From NCBI GenBank assembly GCA_035528115.1, contig DATKZF010000003.1:227795-291794 (forward strand): a stretch of DNA of 64,000 nt, written 5' to 3'. Both the position numbers and the translations under genes were made by a program. The stretch comes from Candidatus Bipolaricaulota bacterium (GTDB lineage Bacteria; Patescibacteriota; Patescibacteriia; UBA11705; DATKZF01). A model generated the notes under the pieces. It worked only from the letters and a program-made list of their open reading frames with translations, was not told where the DNA came from and did no database searches. Position 1 is the first letter of the stretch, and each line of letters opens with the position of its first letter. Positions 39,534 to 49,538 of this stretch are shown one piece after another.

Positions 39534-40457
39534 TCAATTTTGTAAAGGCTTTCCCCCGCTTTTGCCGCTGAAAATTTCCAAATTGTCGCCATCGGAAAAT
39601 ATCGAAATTTGCTCGTCTTCATCCGTTCTGAAAATATCAATGCCCAGGCGCTCCAGACGACGAACCACGGAAAGATGCGGATGGCCGAAGCTATTGTTTT
39701 CGCCGACCGAAATAACGGAGTATTGCGGATTTACCGCGGTCAAAAATTCCTCGGAGGATGAACTCGAACTGCCATGATGGCCTATTTTTATAATATCGGA
39801 AGCGACATCAACTTCATAATTCAATATTTTATTCTCCACGGGAATTTCAGCGTCCCCCATGAACAAAAAACTTTTGCGGCCGAAAACCAATCGATTCACG
39901 ATCGAAGTATCATTCAAATCACCGGCCTCATCAATATCTTTTTTCTCAAAAGGATAAATGAATTTTAAAATCGCGCCATCGCCGAAATCCAGATCTCGGG
40001 GCGTATCGACTATTTCCAAAGTAATTTCTTTATCTTTGATAATTTGCAAAAATTCCAGAAATGCCGGGGAATTGGAGATCGCTCCCGTGTAATAAATCTT
40101 GCCCACCTCATATCTTTTAACGACTTCAATCAAACCGTTCAAATGATCCGCGTGCGGATGAGTTAAGACAACGGCGTCTATTTTTCGGTCAAAAAACGAC
40201 AAATTGGCTCCCAACTTATCCAAAACAGAAGTATCCGGACCGCCGTCGATCAATATTTTTTGCGCCGAAGGAGTGATGATCAAGCTGGCGTCGCCTTGGC
40301 CGACATCCAAAAAATAAACCGCCAGCCTGCTTTCGGCGGGCAGCGACGCTTGAGAATTGACGCCGAAACCGGTCAATTCTTCTTTGATGATCAAGCCCAT
40401 CAAAATCAATACCGCGGCCAATAAACTAACCGTTATTTTTTTTAAGTTTTTTCGCAT
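39534..40457 (-). CDS. ComEC/Rec2-associated metallo-beta-lactamase-fold protein
   Basis: FLDVGQGDA, THPHADH, GDAE, GHHGS, N.FGHPH. Confidence 0.92.
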   Translation of the reverse strand: MRKNLKKITVSLLAAVLILMGLIIKEELTGFGVNSQASLPAESRLAVYFLDVGQGDASLIITPSAQKILIDGGPDTSVLDKLGANLSFFDRKIDAVVLTHPHADHLNGLIEVVKRYEVGKIYYTGAISNSPAFLEFLQIIKDKEITLEIVDTPRDLDFGDGAILKFIYPFEKKDIDEAGDLNDTSIVNRLVFGRKSFLFMGDAEIPVENKILNYEVDVASDIIKIGHHGSSSSSSEEFLTAVNPQYSVISVGENNSFGHPHLSVVRRLERLGIDIFRTDEDEQISIFSDGDNLEIFSGKSGGKPLQN

Positions 40458-41889
40458 AAAATATTATAAAGACGGAAATTATCGCGTAGCAAAAAAGCAT
40501 GGACGCCAAACCGAATTTCACATCAACGGACGCCCAGCCGATGGCTGACAAATATTTAACCGCGCTGATGATGTATTGCTCGACCAGCCAAGTCAACCAG
40601 CTGACGATTTGCCCCAATTCAACGGATATTATCGAGATGACCAGGCCGATAAAACCGCACAACATGGCCAGCGGGATTACGGATAAAATCAGAATATTGG
40701 CCAGAGGAGCGATAAGAGACACCCTGTTGAAATTATACATTATCAGCGGCATGGTGGCCATGATGGCCGCCAGTGTGGTGGAAAAATTTTCTCGCAACGC
40801 GAACTTTTGCGGCAGCCAGGAAAAAAACTTTTCCATCGGCTTCGAGATATAAATCAAGCCGATCGTGGCCAAAAAAGAAAGCTGAAAGCCAAGATCGAAA
40901 AAAAGTATTTTGGGATTGATCGCGGCCATGACAAACACGGCGAGAATCAAAACATGGCCGGTTTTGGTTTTTCTGCCCAGCTGCGAGGCGGCCATGATCG
41001 TCAACCCCATGACCGCGGCTCTGACCACGGCCGCGCTCATTCCGCACAAAAAAACAAAACAGATAACGCCGGCCGCGGAAAAATAAAACGCTTTTTTTCT
41101 GCCTATAAAAACGGCTTTCAAAAAATTGGCCAAAGCCGCGGCCACCACCGTGATGTTATAGCCGGAAACGGCAATGATGTGCGTGACGCCGACTCGAGTG
41201 AAAGCGTCGGTCAAATCCGACGGAATACCCTTTCGGGCGCCCAAGAGCAACCCGGCCAAAAAAGAAGCGTGAGGCTCCGGCAAAATCAAATTTATTTTGT
41301 TCAATAAATACTTTTTCGCTTTAAGCAAATATTTTTCGAAATAATGCCCGTCCACTTTCCCCAATATTTGCATCTTCGGATTATAACAAGTTGAAAAAAT
41401 CTTTTTGCCCGATAAATATCTGCCGTAATCGAATTCATCGATCAACCCCGGCTTCTTTAACAAGCATTCGATCTTTACTTTTTGTCCGAATTCATAAATC
41501 GGGTATGAGTCCACCTTGACCAAAACCAAACCCTCCGTTTTTTTGCCGTTCAATTCGGTCGCGGCCACGGTCAATTTCTGATGATCAGCTCTTTGATCGA
41601 CCTCTTGCGCGATATAGCCAGAAAACGAGACTTTTTCTTCATTGTAATAATGAATAAAGTTCTCGGTCATCGGCGGATCAAAACGGCCAAACCAATAAAA
41701 ACCCGAAACAAGTCCGATAATCGCCAACGCTGCGGCCAATCTGTACGAAGAGAACAAGACGCCAAGCATCAAACCCGAAATGACGACAAGCAAAATCAAG
41801 TCGGCGCCAAAACTGGCCAAGCAAATTCCTGCGATAAATAAAATCAGCGATAAATAAAATTTTTTGCTCAGTGAAAAATTTTTAAACAT
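40426..41889 (-). CDS. comEC: ComEC competence channel (membrane part)
   Basis: G.THIIAVSGYN, VVRAAVM, GFQLSFLAT. Confidence 0.92.
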   Translation of the reverse strand: MFKNFSLSKKFYLSLILFIAGICLASFGADLILLVVISGLMLGVLFSSYRLAAALAIIGLVSGFYWFGRFDPPMTENFIHYYNEEKVSFSGYIAQEVDQRADHQKLTVAATELNGKKTEGLVLVKVDSYPIYEFGQKVKIECLLKKPGLIDEFDYGRYLSGKKIFSTCYNPKMQILGKVDGHYFEKYLLKAKKYLLNKINLILPEPHASFLAGLLLGARKGIPSDLTDAFTRVGVTHIIAVSGYNITVVAAALANFLKAVFIGRKKAFYFSAAGVICFVFLCGMSAAVVRAAVMGLTIMAASQLGRKTKTGHVLILAVFVMAAINPKILFFDLGFQLSFLATIGLIYISKPMEKFFSWLPQKFALRENFSTTLAAIMATMPLIMYNFNRVSLIAPLANILILSVIPLAMLCGFIGLVISIISVELGQIVSWLTWLVEQYIISAVKYLSAIGWASVDVKFGLASMLFCYAIISVFIIFYAKKLKKNNG

Positions 41890-41930
41890 AAAACCCCTCC
41901 GGTTGGAGGGGTTCCGCTATGTTGAAAATT

Positions 41931-42344
41931 TTATTGTTGGGCTTTGAAATCCAAAATGGCGGTCACCACTTTGGAATCGTCTTGCAAGTCTTCGATAAAC
42001 AAAACATGGTCTTTGTTTATTTCCATTCTATCCATCGGTCCGTGCAGTTCATTTCCCAATTTAATCAAACTCAAATCAGGCGTTGTTTCGCTTCCCGCTT
42101 GTTGCTCTTGAAGCGGTTCTTTCAATTGCAAATAATAAATGTCTTTCAACAAGACATAACTCGCGTTTTTATTGGTTAATTTTCCGAAATATACCTGACC
42201 GTTTGTCAAAAAAACAGCTTGGTAATCCGATTTATTGAAGCCGCGCCGATAAATGAAAAAATATGCGGCCCCGGCGACAATAATCAAAATCATCAAGGCC
42301 AAAATCATGGCGAATTTTGAATTTGATCCTTCTTTTTGCGGCAT
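41931..42344 (-). CDS. Membrane-anchored hypothetical protein (YQAVFL.NGQVYFGKL family)
   Basis: Single TM; YQAVFLTNGQVYFGKL, L.KLGNELHGP.D.M.IN, E.L..DSKV; recalled as a common CPR family. Confidence 0.8.
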   Translation of the reverse strand: MPQKEGSNSKFAMILALMILIIVAGAAYFFIYRRGFNKSDYQAVFLTNGQVYFGKLTNKNASYVLLKDIYYLQLKEPLQEQQAGSETTPDLSLIKLGNELHGPMDRMEINKDHVLFIEDLQDDSKVVTAILDFKAQQ

Positions 42345-42410
42345 AAATATTTTTTATTTAATTTTCAATTATTAATATAATACAATAAAAAACACGCAAA
42401 TGCAAATGGG

Positions 42411-45400
42411 TTATTCACTTGGAGGTAAAGCCGGAGTCTGTTCGGCAGGCGCGGGTTCAACGGGCGTCGGCTCGATCGGCTCAGGTTCGACGGGAACGGG
42501 TTCGATCAGCGCTGGTTCTGCCGGAGTCGGCTCTGGCAAAACAGGTTCCTCGATTATTGGCTCGCTTGCCGGCTCAATGGGTTCCTCCGGCGCGTCAATA
42601 ATTTCTTCCGGAGCGATTGGCTCTTCTTCGGGAATAATGGGTTCATCCGGCGCAACGGGTTCAATATTGTTCTCCCCGAAAACCTGCTGAATTAAATCCG
42701 CGCCCAAAACTATCACCAAATCGCTGTTGCCGTAAAAACCGACTTCCCCGCTCATCAAATCAAACGGCACGACTTCTCCGCCCGTAATGCTTTGAATTTC
42801 CAGCAAAGCGTTTTGATCAATATTCAAATCGACCTGATAAATTTCAGTATTATCATAGCGCATGATCGGATCTTGACCTATATAAACGGTATAACCCAGC
42901 CCGCGCAAACTTTCCACGATATTTACGATATCCAAATTCGCTCCGTTAAGCAAAGTGATTTCAATCATTGACCGATCAATGGTCACTTCCGGTAAAACCG
43001 GCTCGCCGGCGTCCGCTTCGTTGCCCACGACTCCGAAAGCCAGCCAGGAAAAATTTATTGAGAAGGCGCAAACGCCATTATTATTGAACGTCTCTTCCGG
43101 CAAACAAAGCGGCTCGGCTATGTTTATGGTGAACCCTTCTTTGCTCTTGCCGGTAATGACGAATCTGCCGTCCCAGATGTCAAAAGCGTTGTCGGCCGCG
43201 GTCAAACCGTATAATTCCGGGGTCACGGAAATTCTGGGCAATTCTTCATAAGGCCTATCGAAATTGACCTTAACGAACGTCAGATCCGCCGAAGCGATGG
43301 TCGCGACTCCGGACATTTCGTCGCTGACATAAATTCTCTTTTCAGCGGTCAGATCTCCGGCCACGCTCAAACCGCCTTCGACTCGCAAGTCCGCCAAAAT
43401 CTTCATGTCCGTTTTCACTTCCAAATATTTGTCCGCTCCGTCAGGATAAACGACAGTCAAGACTTCGGCCAAGGAAGAATCGGTTAAATTAAGAGCCGCG
43501 TCCGGACCGATGATGGCCGAAATGGGATCGGAAACCAAATCTCCGGATCCTTCAAGCAAGGCCGCGGCCAAGGCGTTCGAGCCGTTATTTCTGGAAATTA
43601 AAACTTTGATGCTGTCAGACCCCGAGAACAAAGATTCCAACGCGATACCGATGGTCGGATCGCCGAGCGAAGCTTTCATGGCCACGCCGGGGATTGACGA
43701 GGTCGTCAAATAATCTCCTTGCCTGATGGCGCCGTTTTCGACATTGACTTTGGTGGGCAACTGTCCGATCAAACCGATCAATTTGTAATGTGTGTTGTTG
43801 TCGCCGTACCGATCGTTGCCGACAAATGCCGGGGACGTAGACACCACTCCCATGGCCAGCGCGTCCGACGAGGCAACGCAACGTTTCACCCCGTTGCTGT
43901 GTGCTCTGTCCACGCAAACTATTTCTCCGGGCACAAGATTAGAATCAATACTGAAGAAATATTCCGCATAGTCGGATCCGGTGGAAGCGTAAGTGACGCC
44001 ATCCGCGCCATTGCCGTGGATTTTTCCTCCTTCGGTGCCGTCGCCGTCCGCGAACTGCACCCATTTATTCGTGGCGCCAAAGCCCGCGTCTTCTCCGGCC
44101 TGAATCCAGACTCCCATATTGCCGGTGGTGCCGCCGTCATTGAATACTTTCAACGAATAATCCGAAGATTTGCTGTTGATCTCAGCGTCGCCGTTGATTC
44201 TAAAAAGCTGGTTGGCGATGGAACTCGCGAATTCCCCGTAAACCAAAGACAAAGTTTGATCTTGAAGTCTATTGGAGTTAGCAGAAGCTTTACTGCTTAT
44301 ATACAATTTATAAGAATCGGAAGTGGTGGTGGCGGAAGCTCCGGCATAAGATCCAATGGCCACATTATAAGTTCCAGTATCCAAATCATCCAAGGCGTAG
44401 TTTCCCAGCGCCACATTATATGAACCCGTGGTAAAATCATCCAGGGTCGACCTGCCTATACCGATATTATAATTGCCCCCGGCTGATGTTCCCGCTCCCG
44501 CCGCATTGTAACCGACGCCGATATTGTATGTTCCGGTGAGAATGTAATATCCGCTTTGAAAGCCAATCATGGTATTAGATCCTCCAGTCGCTCTATATAA
44601 CGAATCAGTACCAACCGCGGTGCTGTAACTGTTTGTTGAAATTGCTTGCAAAGAATTTCTGCCGACCGCTACATTCTCGTGGCCGCTAGTATTTGAATCA
44701 AGGGTGTTAGCGCCAACAGCAACACTGTCAAAACCACCTGCGGTGGCGGTCATTGAGTTAAACCCAATTGCCACGTTGTAATATGCCGTATCATCAGCGA
44801 CCGCCAAGGCGCTGCTTCCTATCGCCACATTATGATGAGCTAGAGAAGTTGCCACTGAACTCAAAGCGTTATTACCCATCGCCACATTATTGGCACCGAC
44901 ATTATTAGTCATGGCTCCGGAGCCTACCGCTACATTATAGTCTCCGGTATTAAGCATCAGGGCCTCATAACCAATGGCGGTATTATAACTGTTTGCGCTG
45001 ACCGCTGATAATGATGAATATCCAACTGCGGTATTGTATGATCCCGTATGGGAATTCATGGCATTATATCCCACCGCCGTGAGACCAGACTGGGTGTTCG
45101 CCGTCTGCAACACGCCCGGACCTATACCGACGTTATAATCGCCCGTGGTGAGAGCGGCCAGCGCTGACTCGCCGACAGAAATATTGTATGTGCCTCCGGC
45201 CTGAACCACCGCCAGAGCGCTCGGACCGACGGCCACCGAATTGTTGTCAAAATCAAGATAACCGCTGCCCACTGTCAATCTCTTCCCGGCGACATTAAAC
45301 CACAATTCAGCATCAGCGGTCGCGTTAGAGCCGATGACCAAATCATCATTGCTTGCGGTTAAATATGTAAAAGTTCCGGCATCGGTAAAAAGACCGGATC

Positions 45401-48400
45401 CTCCCGGCGCGGCGCCGGTCAGGCTCGCCCAAGTCGCGCCCGTGTAGCCTTCAAAATCCCCTCCCGTCCAGCGCAAATTACCGGCCGTGGTATCATCCGT
45501 ATTGCCTATTCTGATGCCGTCGCTGAAACCGACCACGGTGGCCGTCGCGTTGTCGATGATCGAACCGTTGCTGAGCTGAATGTCTCCGCTGGTAAAAGTC
45601 AGGCCGTTCATGTCAATTCCATAGCCCGCGCTGCCGCTGTCCGAAGCCAGACTGATATAACTGTCGATAAAAGCGTTTTTGGAAACGACTTGCAAACCGT
45701 ACGCTCCGTTGACTTCAGTTCCGGAAGCATCGACGATAATTTTACCGCCGTAAATGCTGTCCGCGGACGCGCCTCCCGAATTGGTCACGGACACATTGAA
45801 TCCATATAACTTTTGAGCGACCGCGCTTTGATTGGTTAAAGCGAAATTGTAACCGTACAAAGAACCGCTGAAACCCGCTTGTCCCAAGGCCGAACCGCCG
45901 TATCCGGTCGCATTTCCGCTGCCGGAATGATATAGAAGATTGTCAAAACCCGTTAAACTGCCCGCCCCGGAATGCGAAAGGATGTTCCATGAACCTCTTA
46001 CCGAACCGACACCGTCAAAGCCGCCTTGTCCGGTATCCGCAAAATCCCAAAAAGTGTAACCGACTATATCAGAAGTGGCGGTCGTGCCATCAACATTCAC
46101 ATTATTTGCGATGCGCAAAGTGCCGGCCTCATCAGCGGCATGGATTCCCAGCGTAATTTGCTGGCCCATTAAATTATTATATGCTCCCGTTAAAGCGGCC
46201 GATGAGCCCGCGTAAATATCTATCGCCTGAAGATTGTTGGTGTTGCCGCGGAAATTAACGTCCAAGGCGGCCGACGCGTGAGCGTCGCTTGAAGCGTCAA
46301 TGGCCAATTGCTGCGAACCGACCGTATTGTTGAATAAAAACGGAGCGTCAGCCGTGGCATTTGAACCGATAACCAAATCATCGCCGCTAGCCGTTAAATA
46401 TGTAAAAGTTCCGGCATCGGTAAAAAGACTTGATCCTCCCGGAGCGGCGCCGGTCAGGCTCTCCCAAGTCGCGCCCGTGTACCCTTCGAAATCCGCGCCC
46501 GTCCATCTAATATTGCCGGCCGTGGTATCGTCGGTATTGCCGATTCTGATGCCATCGCTGAAACCGGTTACGGTCGCGGTGGCATTGGAAATGATCGAAC
46601 CGTTGCTCAGCTCGATATCGCCACTGGCGAAAGTCAGTCCATTCATGGTCAAACCATAGCCGGCGCTGCCGCTGTCCGAGGTCAAACTGATATAATTTTC
46701 GATGTAAGCGTTTTTTGAAACTATCTGCAATCCGTAAGCGCCATTAACTTCGGCCCCGGACGCGTCAACCGTAATTTTTCCTCCATAGATGGAATCCGCT
46801 GACGCGCCTCCGGAATTGGTCACGGCAATATCCATGCCAAGCAAACTCTGCGCGGACGCGCTTTGATTGGTTAACGTAAGTTTGTAGCCGTACAATGACC
46901 CGCTGAATGAACCCGAACCATACACTTGCGGATTCACTCCATAAACGGTGCCGCTGCCCGAGCTGGTGGTGGAGCCGCCAAGGCCGGTTACCGAACCGCT
47001 ACCCGTATGCCACAAATAATTTTGAAAACCGGTCAGACTACCGCTGCCCGTATGGGAGATTAAAGAATACGCGCCGGTCGCCGAACCGACTCCGGACAAA
47101 CCATCTTGTCCGGTCTGAGAATTATCGAAAAAAGCGTAACCAATGATATCCGAAGTGGCGTTCGTGCCATCCACGTCGACATTATTCGCAATGCGAAAAG
47201 TGCCGGCCGTGTCCGCCGCGTTATAACCCAGCGTGACTGCTTGACCGAAAAGAAAAGCGCTGGCGCCCAAACCCGCTGATGACCCAGCGTAAATATCAAC
47301 GGCTTTAAGATTATCCGCGCTGCCGCGAAAATCAATATTCAAAGCTGATGTCGCGTTAGCGTCCGTGGAAGCATTAATTGCCAATTGACGCGAACCGCTG
47401 GTAGGGTCAAATAAAAACGGAGCGTCAGCCGTGGCGTTCGCGCCGAAAACCAATTGATCGGTCGAGGCCGTCAAATACGTGAACGAGCCGGCATCCGTAA
47501 ACAAACTGCCGCCCGGTCCGATGCCCGCGATGGCCGCGTCCAAATCTTCGATCACTCCTTGCACATTATTTTTCGTTGAATAAGTCAAACCATCGGAATA
47601 CACGCCGACATTATACGCGCCGCTGTCATCGGCGGCCGTAAATTCGCCCAAGGCGGTGGTGCCGATCACCAAGTCGCTGGACGCGGTCAAAGTCAGTTGA
47701 TTAACCACGGTTAAATTTTGTCCGAAATAGCCGTCATCTTCCACGTAAAGTCCGTAATCCCAAGCCGTGCCCGCCTGATAAATGGCGTATTCATTGCCGG
47801 CGCCGGCAGCGCCTTGCAAATCTTTGATATAAAGTCCGTACAAAGCGTCGCCGTCGGTCGCGTCTTGAGTGGCGGTCATTTGCAAAATCGACATGGTGTT
47901 GGCGCCGGAGTTCGTATTGGCCGTGAATTGCAAATTCAAAGCGTCGCCCGTCGTTCCCGAAACCGTATGTGAATATTTGCCCGTGACAATTTCGTCTTCA
48001 GCCAAAATGGCGAATCCGTCACCGTCCTGACCGTTTAATTTACCCGCGTTAATCGCGTAAGCCACGGCCGTGATTTCTTTTCGGGGCGACATCTCGCCAT
48101 CCCAAGACGCGGCGCCGGCTTTGCCGCCGACTTCCACGCTCAGCCAATAACCGGCTTCGGTCTGAAAATCGAGCGTGGCCGGAAAGGCCATCAAATCTCC
48201 GAGCTTCAATGAAAATAATCCCGAATCAACCGTCGCCAACGAAGTCGTGTCAGTCCAAGTCTCCGTCCAAAGCAAATCACCTGCGCTTTCGGCGTTGTAA
48301 ATTTTGAATCTGACATGATAATATCCGTCTTTGACTTCTTTGCCGTTGCTGTCAAAAAGCCTGGCTTGATAATTCAAATAATTGCTCACCGCGGCTTTGG

Positions 48401-48524
48401 TTTCCGGAGAATGCGTATTAAAAGCGTAAAAACCCATGGCCAAACAAACAATCAAAAATATCACCAGCTTGTACGGGCTCGCTTGATCGCGGGTCGAAAT
48501 AATTTTATCGAATTGTCTTTTCAC
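42411..48524 (-). CDS. 2037-aa surface fibre/adhesin: internal repeats, YadA-head-like beta-roll, peptidase-G2-like autocleavage domain, LytR_C-like domain, Pro/Glu tail
   Basis: N-terminal TM then LNYQARL...GLFSLKLG...EMSPR; N.A.G..AL repeats; DYAEYF...GVVST.P...GQLPTKV..ENGAI..GD.LTTSS.PG.AMKA; LLNG...DLVIVLGAD. Confidence 0.82.
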   Translation of the reverse strand: MKRQFDKIISTRDQASPYKLVIFLIVCLAMGFYAFNTHSPETKAAVSNYLNYQARLFDSNGKEVKDGYYHVRFKIYNAESAGDLLWTETWTDTTSLATVDSGLFSLKLGDLMAFPATLDFQTEAGYWLSVEVGGKAGAASWDGEMSPRKEITAVAYAINAGKLNGQDGDGFAILAEDEIVTGKYSHTVSGTTGDALNLQFTANTNSGANTMSILQMTATQDATDGDALYGLYIKDLQGAAGAGNEYAIYQAGTAWDYGLYVEDDGYFGQNLTVVNQLTLTASSDLVIGTTALGEFTAADDSGAYNVGVYSDGLTYSTKNNVQGVIEDLDAAIAGIGPGGSLFTDAGSFTYLTASTDQLVFGANATADAPFLFDPTSGSRQLAINASTDANATSALNIDFRGSADNLKAVDIYAGSSAGLGASAFLFGQAVTLGYNAADTAGTFRIANNVDVDGTNATSDIIGYAFFDNSQTGQDGLSGVGSATGAYSLISHTGSGSLTGFQNYLWHTGSGSVTGLGGSTTSSGSGTVYGVNPQVYGSGSFSGSLYGYKLTLTNQSASAQSLLGMDIAVTNSGGASADSIYGGKITVDASGAEVNGAYGLQIVSKNAYIENYISLTSDSGSAGYGLTMNGLTFASGDIELSNGSIISNATATVTGFSDGIRIGNTDDTTAGNIRWTGADFEGYTGATWESLTGAAPGGSSLFTDAGTFTYLTASGDDLVIGSNATADAPFLFNNTVGSQQLAIDASSDAHASAALDVNFRGNTNNLQAIDIYAGSSAALTGAYNNLMGQQITLGIHAADEAGTLRIANNVNVDGTTATSDIVGYTFWDFADTGQGGFDGVGSVRGSWNILSHSGAGSLTGFDNLLYHSGSGNATGYGGSALGQAGFSGSLYGYNFALTNQSAVAQKLYGFNVSVTNSGGASADSIYGGKIIVDASGTEVNGAYGLQVVSKNAFIDSYISLASDSGSAGYGIDMNGLTFTSGDIQLSNGSIIDNATATVVGFSDGIRIGNTDDTTAGNLRWTGGDFEGYTGATWASLTGAAPGGSGLFTDAGTFTYLTASNDDLVIGSNATADAELWFNVAGKRLTVGSGYLDFDNNSVAVGPSALAVVQAGGTYNISVGESALAALTTGDYNVGIGPGVLQTANTQSGLTAVGYNAMNSHTGSYNTAVGYSSLSAVSANSYNTAIGYEALMLNTGDYNVAVGSGAMTNNVGANNVAMGNNALSSVATSLAHHNVAIGSSALAVADDTAYYNVAIGFNSMTATAGGFDSVAVGANTLDSNTSGHENVAVGRNSLQAISTNSYSTAVGTDSLYRATGGSNTMIGFQSGYYILTGTYNIGVGYNAAGAGTSAGGNYNIGIGRSTLDDFTTGSYNVALGNYALDDLDTGTYNVAIGSYAGASATTTSDSYKLYISSKASANSNRLQDQTLSLVYGEFASSIANQLFRINGDAEINSKSSDYSLKVFNDGGTTGNMGVWIQAGEDAGFGATNKWVQFADGDGTEGGKIHGNGADGVTYASTGSDYAEYFFSIDSNLVPGEIVCVDRAHSNGVKRCVASSDALAMGVVSTSPAFVGNDRYGDNNTHYKLIGLIGQLPTKVNVENGAIRQGDYLTTSSIPGVAMKASLGDPTIGIALESLFSGSDSIKVLISRNNGSNALAAALLEGSGDLVSDPISAIIGPDAALNLTDSSLAEVLTVVYPDGADKYLEVKTDMKILADLRVEGGLSVAGDLTAEKRIYVSDEMSGVATIASADLTFVKVNFDRPYEELPRISVTPELYGLTAADNAFDIWDGRFVITGKSKEGFTINIAEPLCLPEETFNNNGVCAFSINFSWLAFGVVGNEADAGEPVLPEVTIDRSMIEITLLNGANLDIVNIVESLRGLGYTVYIGQDPIMRYDNTEIYQVDLNIDQNALLEIQSITGGEVVPFDLMSGEVGFYGNSDLVIVLGADLIQQVFGENNIEPVAPDEPIIPEEEPIAPEEIIDAPEEPIEPASEPIIEEPVLPEPTPAEPALIEPVPVEPEPIEPTPVEPAPAEQTPALPPSE

Positions 48525-48527
48525 AGA

Positions 48528-49517
48528 CTACTTTTTTTCAACTTCTTCTTTTATTTCGTTTTTCTTTTGAGCCATTTTAATGATCGCCTTGTTGTAGCTT
48601 CTGAGCATCAGGTATAAAATCGCCAAGATCGCCAAACCGACCAACATCAAATGCCATGGAATAATCCAAAATTTCAAATTGCCGATGATTTTCTCATCAG
48701 GATCATCCTGCCAAGCCATTTCCAAATGAGCGGTGTATCTGCCAAAGCCGAAATTATGCCATTCGTTTTTCAATTCCTGAACGAAACTGCCCCGTTCTTC
48801 CGGACCTCGCCAAATCGGGTGAAACGCCCTGATGCTGTTCGGTAAAATATTGCCTTTTTTCGGATTGGCGGCAATCAACGCGGACGCGCCGATCCAGCCT
48901 GAAACCGAAATATCGCCGATCGGCTTGAAATGAACATTGCCCGAATTTTTGATTCTGATCAAAAATTCCACGGGCGGGCGATTAAAAACCTTTTTTCCGC
49001 TGGCCAAGGAAAACTCCACCAAATCCGCTCCCTGCCTGATATTGCCGGGCACCGTGACCAAAGTCAGCACACCCGTGTTCTCTCCCAAGCCCACGCCGCC
49101 GCTCTGCTCGGAACCCGGAGGTTCAGTGCTGGTGAACAAGGCCGCGTAATGTCCTCCCGGCTCGGCGTCGCTCGGCACTTTTATTTTAAAATTGATTTCT
49201 TTGGTCTCGCCGACCATAACCAGCATAAAAGGAAATTCGAATTCAACCCAGCTGGCCAAACCCATTTGACTGTCTTCTTCGGAAGCCAAACCGGCATCGC
49301 CTTCTTCGCCCCTGGCGTCGAAATTTCTGGCCATGAAATAATATATGCGCGGCGAATCCGTTTCATTTCTGATGCGATATGATCCTTCATAAACTTTGCC
49401 AGGCTCGACCACAATACCTTCAAGCACCGGTGGCATTACGGTCACGGCAAAACTCTCGCCGACAAAACCGAAAAATAATATTGAAACAAGTCCTAAAATA
49501 ATGAAAGTTTTTTTCAT
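48528..49517 (-). CDS. DUF916/DUF3324-like (WxL-interacting) surface protein
   Basis: Signal peptide, F.I.VP.DAEPGGHYAA, N.GNVH.KP.G, G.YTA.L, C-terminal TM plus basic tail. Confidence 0.72.
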   Translation of the reverse strand: MKKTFIILGLVSILFFGFVGESFAVTVMPPVLEGIVVEPGKVYEGSYRIRNETDSPRIYYFMARNFDARGEEGDAGLASEEDSQMGLASWVEFEFPFMLVMVGETKEINFKIKVPSDAEPGGHYAALFTSTEPPGSEQSGGVGLGENTGVLTLVTVPGNIRQGADLVEFSLASGKKVFNRPPVEFLIRIKNSGNVHFKPIGDISVSGWIGASALIAANPKKGNILPNSIRAFHPIWRGPEERGSFVQELKNEWHNFGFGRYTAHLEMAWQDDPDEKIIGNLKFWIIPWHLMLVGLAILAILYLMLRSYNKAIIKMAQKKNEIKEEVEKK

Positions 49518-49538
49518 AAAATGCGGAATTGGGAAATA

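Noticed and set aside
45310-47520. Possible DGR template/variable repeat pair, prompted by the bAvd-like gene
   Set aside because: Both copies are in-frame coding, mismatches in the compared stretch are mostly synonymous and not adenine-specific, and no reverse transcriptase is in the window
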